DNA from: Candidatus Dojkabacteria bacterium UBA2177 | Lineage (GTDB): Bacteria > Patescibacteriota > Dojkabacteria > SC72 | Assembly (NCBI GenBank): GCA_002328805.1 | Contig: DCVX01000032.1 | Span: forward strand, 1 to 43,658 | Reading direction: 5' to 3' | DNA: 43,658 nt | Shown: positions 24,101 through 32,023 of the stretch, in pieces | Position numbering within the stretch: the first letter of the stretch is position 1 | How the letters are laid out: each line of letters starts with the position of its first letter | Position numbers and translations under genes: made by a program | The notes under the pieces: generated by a model | Seen by the model: only the letters and a program-made list of their open reading frames with translations | The model's database searches: none | What the model was told of the DNA's origin: nothing

Positions 24101-26194
24101 AGAGCCTGTGTCGTTAATAATTATAAGATCACTCCCTTTAAGAGCAAGGTTTAATAAGTCTCTAGGCTGAACAGCATGGCCTTCTAGTCTAGTGTTAAAT
24201 TTCTGTTCTACATCATCTACACCTACGTGTTCCAGTATCCATCTCCAGTTTATTGATGCAAAGAAACCATCTTGGTCACAGTCTCCTATGGTTGCAATCT
24301 TATTATTGCTGACCACCGTTCTGTATACTATTTTTGCAGCCTTATCTACATTCTGCAACGCACTAGGAGGCTCTTCTGCATTTTCATTTGGGAACATTGC
24401 CTCTAACATTTCTTTTTTGTTCTCAACTCCTAAGGATTTATAATATTCATTAAGCATATTATTTGCTATTAGACCTTCTAAAACCTCCACATAACGAAGG
24501 TCTCCGTAAACCCTATCTGAGAGATATTTATTTTGCTCAAGTTGCTCTTCTGTAAAATCACTTCTTCTAGGAGGAGACCCTGTAGGAAAAATTCTTTCAA
24601 AGACAGGCTCCTGTAAGACATCTAGGAGCATTCTGATTTCGAGTCCCTTGTCGTCATATGGGTTTACTAAAACATCACTAATTAATTCTAGATCCAACCT
24701 GTATCTCCACGCAGGTCTAACATTTCTTATCTTTGTTGGAACTGCTATGTCAATTAGTATTTCATCATCTAGAGCATCCTGTAATGAAAGAATAGCTTTA
24801 TATTCTTCTTCATTCATGTCATGCAGATAAAGAGCCTTATGTCCTGATTCGAGTCTTTTTATAAGCATTAATATTGTTTGGAACTCTTCTTTACTTATAT
24901 GTTCTAAACCACTTCGAGGTGTTTTTCCTATTCTTCTGAGACTGTCTAATGATGTTTTAAGCCTATTAACTGCAGAATCTCTGTCGAGAAGTTCAACAAC
25001 TAGTTCGAGTTTTTCAATCGCGATGGATTCATCAAATGTTAAGACCTCTTTCGCTTCTGTATCTTCTTCATCTTTTTCTGCTCTTTCAAGAGTTCCTCGT
25101 GTTTTGCTCATCCTCTCTGCCAGTGAGACTAGGCTTTCTATATCTTCTTCTGAGAGAATATCTAAATGATTGTTCTGGTCTAGAAGGATTGTCTTGTTTA
25201 TTATTGCTCTGGCATCTATACAAATCTCTTTTCTCTTCTCTAGGATATACTTAGTAGAAAGGCTTGGAGATAATGGTATGGAACCTCTAAGAAGCTCTGC
25301 AGCTTGAGAGTTTATCTGGTAAGCAAAAAATGTTAGTTCTATCATTTTGTCTAGTGCTTCCTCATCTTCTGTTGCACCAAGTTCTTTCTCTGCTAACAAT
25401 ATTGACAATGCCTCTGCGGAATCATTTGCAACAAGAGAATGTTCAAACCAGTGCGAAGATATGGCCACAGGTCTCTGTGACAAACCTCCCTGCGAAGATG
25501 GAACGATATGCTGGTCATGTTTATTTATATAGGTAGGACCACTTGAGTTTATCTTTTCTACTCTTTGGTGATGAAGAATTAGATCATCTAGATCTATCTC
25601 TAATATGTCTGCATATTTCCGAGCAAGTTTTACATCTATCTCCTCAGAATCTAATTTGCCCTCTCCGACCCATTCTTCTTCTGTGATCCACTCTTCGTTT
25701 GTTGCAAGCTGTGTCCCCTTTGCAAGAAGACTAAGTGCTTCAATTATTGAACACCCTGAGGTAACAAGATATTTAACAACTTCCTGCTGTATCGCTTTCC
25801 TGTATCCTGGGCGATTAAGTCCCTCTTCTCTATTCTCTCTTTGTGATGAAGAAACAATGGTCTTTAAGACGACCTTTGGTTCAAAAAGGTCTCCTTTGTC
25901 TAGTGTTCTAGCTCTCTTCTTTTGAGATTCCTTAGATTCATACTCTGTAACTTCTTCTTGTCCAAATACATATCTTCCCTGTTCAGCTAATTCTTCTGTA
26001 GTTAATAGAATATCTGAGAATTTTCTTCCTGTGGAAGTTATCTTGTTATCAAAAATCTCATCCTTGAGAGTTCTAAGACGCATTTCCATTGTCGGATCTT
26101 CGAGAGTTGCTTCAAACCAATTCTCGTATCTTGGAGAGAATTCTGCCTTATCTATATTTACTTGACTCAAGTTTCTTTCTTCTTGCTTATTCAT
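21140..26194 (-). CDS. Giant RecJ-like DHH/DHHA1 phosphoesterase (putative ssDNA exonuclease) with very large insertions
   Basis: 1684 aa. RecJ motifs occur in the canonical order: IATIGDCDQDG (aa 633-643), DLIIINDTGSS (aa 689-699), IIVCDHHTP (aa 808-816) and ATLGDGGSVDLGKGRENRAIVRNGMNAI (aa 1231-1258). They continue with GLRGLIAGQLAGRYEKPTMVI (aa 1406-1426), GRYSVSFR, AHGGHPEAAGG (aa 1473-1483) and NPYGVNMPGLMIEF (aa 1561-1574), then an OB-like C-terminus. I cannot assign aa 1-630 or about 820-1230. Confidence 0.8.
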   Translation of the reverse strand: MNKQEERNLSQVNIDKAEFSPRYENWFEATLEDPTMEMRLRTLKDEIFDNKITSTGRKFSDILLTTEELAEQGRYVFGQEEVTEYESKESQKKRARTLDKGDLFEPKVVLKTIVSSSQRENREEGLNRPGYRKAIQQEVVKYLVTSGCSIIEALSLLAKGTQLATNEEWITEEEWVGEGKLDSEEIDVKLARKYADILEIDLDDLILHHQRVEKINSSGPTYINKHDQHIVPSSQGGLSQRPVAISSHWFEHSLVANDSAEALSILLAEKELGATEDEEALDKMIELTFFAYQINSQAAELLRGSIPLSPSLSTKYILEKRKEICIDARAIINKTILLDQNNHLDILSEEDIESLVSLAERMSKTRGTLERAEKDEEDTEAKEVLTFDESIAIEKLELVVELLDRDSAVNRLKTSLDSLRRIGKTPRSGLEHISKEEFQTILMLIKRLESGHKALYLHDMNEEEYKAILSLQDALDDEILIDIAVPTKIRNVRPAWRYRLDLELISDVLVNPYDDKGLEIRMLLDVLQEPVFERIFPTGSPPRRSDFTEEQLEQNKYLSDRVYGDLRYVEVLEGLIANNMLNEYYKSLGVENKKEMLEAMFPNENAEEPPSALQNVDKAAKIVYRTVVSNNKIATIGDCDQDGFFASINWRWILEHVGVDDVEQKFNTRLEGHAVQPRDLLNLALKGSDLIIINDTGSSEQDTKTFSLIKNGVQSIEDLLFFRENIEGIQGFSSLTKHVQRQIKTKLTRFINEHKDDKDLDLTELLETRFTTGKTYIDDSNNKKPEYKSLSDYAPLVYFLEGFPDLKIIVCDHHTPSIEAIEYFRDNEDVIMVNPEWVRNGYEEKFIEEMKLALKPNDKGEVNIEEINKVQRKYTCYPESDIVGTVTTGKVIKRFLQLLTDEEIVREEATEIYSLDAEARKNKYRELAQIVSKGSKESTEDLPLPTEIHIMLDEDTDIELSLEGLWMEKAPMDKITSRINQSVSSLGHYVTRIKQNGLSQEESITLLKELEAKWGLVINNKEDFLSYIKEESFSLDKDSVSNRTIDKIDTLYKRRIEEVTESDILSKGELRFYLDYAKRLPKSFFLLPKDEKEEYILPTLFKLSTEIDRTAEIEAIDGSFSINLTDIVQRALLPDDNPDKILNLRDLKIHLFDLIEQGYDENGGIPENPRTGEVPDKRTKVRYEGNKIWNEVIERLQKRKRLTPMEMRAVDSFFKYGPYGFEFINLTEATATLGDGGSVDLGKGRENRAIVRNGMNAIEKFTDDYWEATGQEKSELKRIQPEILRLIRTSLRGTHIKSVNWHLSRLLTHGVSAFVNAMYRRGKEERSERAKEFWTEAADFCIRRSDNETTRRHRHTLVYAQEVSIERREELFEQIAKDLDNNHGELEKPIIITKLEGRKYVDPTKGLRGLIAGQLAGRYEKPTMVIVEEKAETNGTAGRYSVSFRLPAKGNVAADMVQLGLAINEIPGIKILAHGGHPEAAGGTWEVKGGKEKLHEVLDPIFLKYEIENPDAGIVKVEEVIERTAQSLEEEGWGYLGDYREYVNTFDVADTIAASMYKQTNPYGVNMPGLMIEFEDLTVVSRSNGVKNDGDEYCNLMVRDKRGNVKTMRLFKNLADLNQIHKGDTVTLRAQPIMRLRALGEGNLEYNWPIPGDTEQRISASTVVGEKAKPHLDIDKIMSIRRGN

Positions 26195-26220
26195 GCCCCT
26201 TGTTTAAGCTAGTCGTATAT

Positions 26221-26246
26221 TAAAAAGAGGGTGCTTTTTGCACCCT
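26221..26246 (-). terminator. Intrinsic-terminator-like hairpin in the leader of the giant gene (function uncertain)
   Basis: The minus strand reads AGGGTGC-AAAAA-GCACCCT followed by CTTTTTA. The element ends 27 nt upstream of the ATG at 26194. Confidence 0.45.
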
Positions 26247-26532
26247 ACGGAATTCAAGACTTATTCAATTTTATGCAGGCTCTAATTTTTTCTAGCACTA
26301 TACTTCTTTTCTAATGTTATAAATTCTTCTACTGTAAACTACTCTAGGTCTGAATCCAGAATACTCGTTAAAAATTTATACTGTCAAGAAATTTAAAGAG
26401 TCTTATTCTACGGTTAATTTTTATGTATAAAATATCTCCAAAATTTTGAGAGCGGAAGTTACATTTGTAAAAAATTGCAAAGAAAGTAAAAAGGATTTAG
26501 AATGGTGATAATAAATTTATTCTTTTAATTTT

Positions 26533-27075
26533 ATGATTTATGCAATAATAGCCCTGGTTTTGATAGCAGCACTCTTGGTTGGGCTTTATAACCGTCTTGC
26601 AAAACAAAGAGTTATTGTCGACGAAGCTTCCTCAGATATTGAGACCTTCTTAAAGCAAAGATACGACATGATTCCTAATCTTGTTGAGATTGTAAAAGGT
26701 TATGCAAAGCACGAGAAGGAAACCTTCAGAGAGATAACGGAGATGAGAGCAAAAGCAATGTCTGCTGGTTCGCTATCTGAAAAGATGGAAATTGAGGGAG
26801 AACTTACAAAGGGATTATCTAAAATAATGGCTGTTGCTGAGAATTACCCAGAACTAAAGGCAAATACAAACTTCTTAGAGTTGCAGAGTAGCTTGAAAGA
26901 CCTTGAGGATAATATCCAGAAGTCCAGAAGGTTCTACAATGGTGCAGCAAGAGATTTCAATACTATGATTGCAGTATTTCCAAATAATCTTCTAGCAGGA
27001 GTTTTTGGATTCTCCAAGGTTGCCTTCTTTGAGGCAACAGAACAAGAGAAAGAGAATGTAAAAGTAAAATTCTAA
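26533..27075 (+). CDS. lemA: LemA family membrane protein
   Basis: It has an N-terminal TM helix and typical LemA sequence: YNRLAKQRVIVDEASSDIETFLKQRYDMIPNLVEIVKGYAKHEKETF ... RRFYNGAARDFN. Confidence 0.9.
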   Translation: MIYAIIALVLIAALLVGLYNRLAKQRVIVDEASSDIETFLKQRYDMIPNLVEIVKGYAKHEKETFREITEMRAKAMSAGSLSEKMEIEGELTKGLSKIMAVAENYPELKANTNFLELQSSLKDLEDNIQKSRRFYNGAARDFNTMIAVFPNNLLAGVFGFSKVAFFEATEQEKENVKVKF

Positions 27076-27090
27076 TTATTAGAAATTATT

Positions 27091-28824
27091 ATGACCATTA
27101 CTAGAAAGGTATTAAGATCTTTTTTTTTAGGCTTTCTCCTATTATCTAGCATCTTTGCTTTAGAGGTAAATGCTCAATCTGCACAGGAGGAGATAACTCT
27201 TTTTGAAACAGAGGTTGTCCTAGAGGAGAGTACAGACATCAATATTAGGGAGGAGATACATTATGTATTTCCTCAGCCAAAGCATGGGATTATTCGTGAG
27301 ATTCCAACGGATTATAAAGTACAAGCAGGACTTAGAAGACCTACAACTTTAGTTTTAAATGATATTTACTACTATAGTACTGATAATCCTAATATTAAAT
27401 TTGATTACTACAAAAGAAGTAGCAAGAATGGTTATGCAATATTTCAGATTGGAGACCCAGATATCACGGTTATTGGGGAGTATGTATATGTTATAGATTA
27501 CACATTAAAAAATGCCATTAACTATTTTGATGATTACGATGAACTTTATTTAAATATTACTGGTGATGGATGGGTTGTTCCAATTAAAAAAGCAACTGCT
27601 CGAGTAATAACGCCCGGAGAAATTACAGATCAGCTATGTTTTACCGGACCTGTAGGTTCTACAGAATCAAATTGTTCATTTGAGTCCAATTCTGAAAAAG
27701 AAGTCACCATTTCAACAGATTTCCAACTAAATTCTAGGGAGGGACTTACGGTTGTACTCAAGATGCCAAAAGGGACTTTAGAAGACACTACGGGAAGCCA
27801 GAGAACCGCTTTTCTGCTAAGTAATCTGGGAATACTACTTCCAATACCTGTGTTCTTTTTACTCTTAACAATTCTTAAGAAAAAGGGTAAGAATGAAAAA
27901 ATAACGATTATTCCCCACTATGAACCAATGGAGGGTCTGTATCCATTGCTAGCTGGTTATATATACCAAACAAAATTAGATACTAAACACATAACTGCGG
28001 AAATTATTCAGTTGGCAATTGATGGGTATATAACAATAAAGCAGGAAGGAAAGAGAAAGTATCTTCTTTTAAAAAATGAAACCTCCAAAAGTCCTTCTTA
28101 TTCAGAATCGACAACTTTGTATGAAGGATTGTTCAAAGAAGGAAATTCTGTCCAAACTAACAAGTTCTCTTCTAATTTCTATCTAACTGTAAGGACTATA
28201 ACATCACAGTTGGATAACAAGGTCTACAGTGATAAATATTTCTCTACAAAGAGAAGAAATCTAAAAAGAGCTCTCTCTGCTATTTGGATTATTGTTATGT
28301 TTTTGGGTTTTTACTCTTTTGCTCCCCTTTCTATAATAGCTGCAACTGGTTGGTCTATTGGTCTTCTGATCTCAGGCTTACTCTCTTTTATATTCTCGTT
28401 TAGAATAGATTTAAAAAGTGATAAGGGGAATAAGATATATTACGAAATGGAGGGATTAAAGATGTATATAGATACTGCTGAGAAGCATAGGATAGAGTTT
28501 CATAATAATCCTACAAAGTTTAGAGGTGTCTTTGAGAAATTACTCCCCTATGCCATCATATTTGGTCTGGAAAAGAAGTGGAGTGAAGAGTTTAAAGAGA
28601 TTTATCAGGAACCTCCTACTTGGTATCAAGGCAATATCTCTGCATTTAATTCCTACTTATTAGTCTCGTCTATTTCAGACATTAGTAGAAATGTAAAATC
28701 TAAATCAGTTCCTCCTAATAGTGCTGGTGGTGTTCGCTCAAGTCATGGAGGAAGTGGTGGAAGCGGGTTTGGTGGAGGTAGTAGTGGTGGTGGCTTTGGC
28801 GGTGGTGGTGGAAGTAGTTGGTAG
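27091..28824 (+). CDS. DUF2207-like membrane protein with Gly-rich C-terminal tail
   Basis: It has a signal peptide, a large extracytoplasmic domain, several TM helices and the tail GGSGGSGFGGGSSGGGFGGGGGSSW. It lies immediately downstream of lemA, the common LemA-DUF2207 pairing. Confidence 0.78.
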   Translation: MTITRKVLRSFFLGFLLLSSIFALEVNAQSAQEEITLFETEVVLEESTDINIREEIHYVFPQPKHGIIREIPTDYKVQAGLRRPTTLVLNDIYYYSTDNPNIKFDYYKRSSKNGYAIFQIGDPDITVIGEYVYVIDYTLKNAINYFDDYDELYLNITGDGWVVPIKKATARVITPGEITDQLCFTGPVGSTESNCSFESNSEKEVTISTDFQLNSREGLTVVLKMPKGTLEDTTGSQRTAFLLSNLGILLPIPVFFLLLTILKKKGKNEKITIIPHYEPMEGLYPLLAGYIYQTKLDTKHITAEIIQLAIDGYITIKQEGKRKYLLLKNETSKSPSYSESTTLYEGLFKEGNSVQTNKFSSNFYLTVRTITSQLDNKVYSDKYFSTKRRNLKRALSAIWIIVMFLGFYSFAPLSIIAATGWSIGLLISGLLSFIFSFRIDLKSDKGNKIYYEMEGLKMYIDTAEKHRIEFHNNPTKFRGVFEKLLPYAIIFGLEKKWSEEFKEIYQEPPTWYQGNISAFNSYLLVSSISDISRNVKSKSVPPNSAGGVRSSHGGSGGSGFGGGSSGGGFGGGGGSSW

Positions 28825-28910
28825 TAAAATTCACCCATTCTCTATCCAAACCTAAACACTCATACGTAATATATAACTACAGATGATTAGGAATCTATAT
28901 TAGAAATCAC

Positions 28911-29969
28911 TTACCACTTAATTGTATAACCCTTTTGAGTTGTCCTAAACCAAGAGTATATATAGTAAATATAGTACTTTATCTTGTCTAGAGCGTAATC
29001 CCTACTGTGCATATATGTAACCTTTTTACCTCCTAAACTTTCTTTAAAGGCTCCTACTCCTGACCAAGGATGCTTCTTCTCTTCATACCCTTCTGGGACA
29101 ACACCACCAAACAGATCAAATACTTTACATCCTAATTCTTTACCAAGCTTTAAGCATTCCCAATAAAGAAGATATGTAATATTAATATTCTTATCTCTAA
29201 AGTGTGTATCTGTAGCAGCCTGATAAAGATGCATATGCTCTCCATATACTGTGCATTGCCAGATACCAATAGGCTTATCCTTGTAATATCCCACAACCAT
29301 ATAACACATACCCCTTTTAACCTGCTCTTCTAACTCCTTAAGAAGCAGAGAGGTTGGTTTATCTGTATACCCCTTTAATTCTACAGTCTGTTCATGCAAC
29401 TCTTTAAATAGATCAAACTGAGAAGTATCATTGAATATTTTAACTGAGACCTCTTCTTTATTCTTAAGAAGCCGATTCAAAAGATTCCTCTTTGTCTTAT
29501 TCATATCTCTTCTTAAATCTTCCAAATCCTTTGTCAAATCTACCTGCTGAGAGATAAGAGCATCTACATTATGTATGGGAGCAAGTTTAAAAGAATTCTT
29601 ATTATAGAAAGTTTTTAATATTTGGTTTTCTTTATACAAAGGAGCAAACCTTAACATAAAACAACTATTTTCCTTTGCAATACCCTTACAAAAAGTCAGA
29701 ACCTCTCCCCACTCTTCTTCACTACCCTCTTTTAACATCGGAGAGTGTTTACATTCTAAAAAATTCCCAAAAAGTTTTGACTTCCCAATAAAGCAGTTAA
29801 TTATTCCTATGAATTGATCTTCTTTATATATTGCATATCTAAAAACTTCTGTGCCAATAGATTCTTCGTACCTGTACCTTGCACTACTGTTTAAGAATGA
29901 ATAGTTTGGAAGAGTTTGGACTAGATTATCCCAAGTATTATCGTCAGTTATTTCTTTGAAATTTAACAT
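28911..29969 (-). CDS. FemAB-family peptidoglycan interpeptide-bridge aminoacyltransferase-like protein
   Basis: 352 aa. The N-terminus reads ...SFLNSSARYRYEES.. and the C-terminal region reads HLYQAATD..., GVGAFKESLGG, consistent with the FemX/FemAB GNAT-like fold. This is a similarity judgement from memory. Confidence 0.7.
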   Translation of the reverse strand: MLNFKEITDDNTWDNLVQTLPNYSFLNSSARYRYEESIGTEVFRYAIYKEDQFIGIINCFIGKSKLFGNFLECKHSPMLKEGSEEEWGEVLTFCKGIAKENSCFMLRFAPLYKENQILKTFYNKNSFKLAPIHNVDALISQQVDLTKDLEDLRRDMNKTKRNLLNRLLKNKEEVSVKIFNDTSQFDLFKELHEQTVELKGYTDKPTSLLLKELEEQVKRGMCYMVVGYYKDKPIGIWQCTVYGEHMHLYQAATDTHFRDKNINITYLLYWECLKLGKELGCKVFDLFGGVVPEGYEEKKHPWSGVGAFKESLGGKKVTYMHSRDYALDKIKYYIYYIYSWFRTTQKGYTIKW

Positions 29970-29980
29970 AATATATCGTA

Positions 29981-31279
29981 TTAGATATTAAGAGGTTTTG
30001 CAAAATTATTAACTATTCCAACAATTTCTTTAGCATCTTCCTCGGTTACTTCAATATTTGTAGGAAGATTTAATATGTTTTTCCCGACTCTTTCTGCTAT
30101 TGGGCAAGAACCTTGTTTGTAGTCAACCTTTCCAAGCTCTTCCTCAGATAATGGGTGGACAGGAGAACTATACCAATTCCCAACTATAATCTCCCTCTCT
30201 AGAAGCTTCTGCTTCACCTCTGCCCTATTTTCTAGAAGTATGGGATATCTAAGAAGCAGGTCTCCTTCTGTTTTAAATACAAAATTCTCTTTCAAGTTTG
30301 TATCGTAAAACTCTGTTATCTTCTCTCTCTTTTGATTTATCTTAGAAACTTTTTTAAGCTGATTACTTAAAAGAACAGCTTGCACTTGAGAAAGCTTCTC
30401 TATTCCTGAGAATACTATTGTATCTGCCTTTGCCTGTTTTTTTATTAATCCTAAATTCCTAAAGAGGATAATTAAGACTCTCCCTATTGTAATATTTGTG
30501 CGAGGGATTATTTTTGTAAAGTAGTATTTTTTTATTAAAGACCAGAGTTTAATGTATCTTGCGTTATATAGAGATTCTTTTTTACTCGGTTTGCGTAGTT
30601 CTGAATAGTTCTCCCTGGCGATATCTAGAGCATCTTCGTCTAAAATAATACTTGCAGCTCCCTGTGTAGAGCTTATACTTTTGTCTTGGGAGAAACTAAA
30701 GAGTAACATATCACTGTATTTACCTAATGTAGAATATTTTCCTTTAAAATCAGAAGGGAAAATATGTGCAGAATCCTCGATGATTTTTATTTTCTCCTTT
30801 TCTGCCCTTTCCCTATTGGCTTTATCTACAAGATCTCTTACCTTCTTCATATCCACAATGTTTCCAAATGTGTGCTGAACGACTATTGCTCTAGTCTTAT
30901 TTGTTATCTTCCCTTTAAGAAGTGATATGTCCATATTGAAACTTTTAGGATCTATATCTACAAAAACAGGTTTTAGCTTGTTCCAAAGGATTGGTGCAAC
31001 AACAGCTACACAGGTAAAGGCTTGGACTATGACTTCATCCTCTTCATTTAATTCAAGAGATTTTAGGTAGAAATATATGGAATCTCTACCTCTATTAAAA
31101 AGAAAGATGTTTTCTTCTGTAATTTCTGCTAAATTTTCATTTTCCCTAAGATGCCTAAGAAGTTGTTCTCTTAAATTGCCAATAGATCCTTTTAAATTCT
31201 CTTGTCCCTTTAAAATTCTTTTAGCTAACTCTAAATCATCTCTCTCTGTGTTAGGTATAGAACCGATAAAAACAGACAT
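29981..31279 (-). CDS. DegT/DnrJ/EryC1/StrS-family PLP-dependent aminotransferase (sugar aminotransferase-like)
   Basis: Typical elements are EVIVQAFTCVAVVAPI, AIVVQHTFGN, DSAH, and FSFSQDKSISS (PLP Lys in the SF..K context). Confidence 0.8.
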   Translation of the reverse strand: MSVFIGSIPNTERDDLELAKRILKGQENLKGSIGNLREQLLRHLRENENLAEITEENIFLFNRGRDSIYFYLKSLELNEEDEVIVQAFTCVAVVAPILWNKLKPVFVDIDPKSFNMDISLLKGKITNKTRAIVVQHTFGNIVDMKKVRDLVDKANRERAEKEKIKIIEDSAHIFPSDFKGKYSTLGKYSDMLLFSFSQDKSISSTQGAASIILDEDALDIARENYSELRKPSKKESLYNARYIKLWSLIKKYYFTKIIPRTNITIGRVLIILFRNLGLIKKQAKADTIVFSGIEKLSQVQAVLLSNQLKKVSKINQKREKITEFYDTNLKENFVFKTEGDLLLRYPILLENRAEVKQKLLEREIIVGNWYSSPVHPLSEEELGKVDYKQGSCPIAERVGKNILNLPTNIEVTEEDAKEIVGIVNNFAKPLNI

Positions 31280-31312
31280 TTATTACTAATACTAAATTAT
31301 TTTAAGACACCC

Positions 31313-32023
31313 TTAGATGTTAATTAAGAAAAGACATGGGTTTTTCTCCAAAACCTTCCTTTCTCTCTTCCACTCTTTTATACTCTTGGTCACAATGTAT
31401 TCGTCCTCACCCATAACTTGTTGAGCTATACAAAGGAGAGTCTCTTCTTCGCATATATCTAAGATGTCTTCTAACATGTTCTGGTTTTTGTATGGAGTTT
31501 CCATAAACATCTGAGTCTGTTTAGTGTTCTGAGCAATCCTTTCTAAGGTTTTAATCTTTTTTCTCTTGCTCCCTCTCTCCTTTGGTAAGTAACCGTAAAA
31601 AGCGAAACTTTGACCATTAAGACCAGAGGCCATAAGTGCAAGGAAAACAGATGATGGACCGACAAGAGGGATACACTTAACACCTTTAGCTTGGGCAACT
31701 CTAACTAATCTATGTCCTGGATCTGCTATAGAAGGTGCTCCTGCATCTGATATTAAACCTAGATTTTTGCCTTGGAATAGGGGTTCTAATAGAGATTCTA
31801 GTTCATCATCTTTTGTATTCTTGTTTAATTCAAAGATATTTATGTCCTGTATCTGCTTCTTTAGAGAGATATCTTTAAGGAATGCTCTGGCAATCTTAGG
31901 TGTTTCAGAAATAAAATTTTCTAAGTTTTCAATATTCTCCAAGTCCTTAGCAAGCAATGTCTCTGACAATTTATAATTTGCGGAAATTGGTACTGGTATT
32001 AAATATAGTTTGCCTGTTTTCAT
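31313..32023 (-). CDS. Tetrapyrrole-methylase-fold SAM-dependent methyltransferase, RsmI-like
   Basis: LYLIPVPIS..., GLISDAGAPSIADPGHRLV, IPLVGPSSVFLALMASGL, and FAFYGYLP parallel RsmI (16S rRNA C1402 2'-O-methyltransferase) motifs. The start overlaps the mutL stop (TAATG). Confidence 0.72.
   Translation of the reverse strand: MKTGKLYLIPVPISANYKLSETLLAKDLENIENLENFISETPKIARAFLKDISLKKQIQDINIFELNKNTKDDELESLLEPLFQGKNLGLISDAGAPSIADPGHRLVRVAQAKGVKCIPLVGPSSVFLALMASGLNGQSFAFYGYLPKERGSKRKKIKTLERIAQNTKQTQMFMETPYKNQNMLEDILDICEEETLLCIAQQVMGEDEYIVTKSIKEWKRERKVLEKNPCLFLINI

Noticed and set aside
22069-25925. About ten 60-112-aa ORFs on both strands inside the 1684-aa gene
   Set aside because: They are alternative-frame or antisense shadows of a single uninterrupted 5-kb ORF that carries ordered RecJ motifs. 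None has a recognisable motif or start context.
28735-28824. GGT/GGA-rich repetitive stretch that could look like a tandem repeat
   Set aside because: It is in-frame coding for the Gly/Ser-rich tail typical of DUF2207 proteins. It is not an independent repeat element or a CRISPR array.
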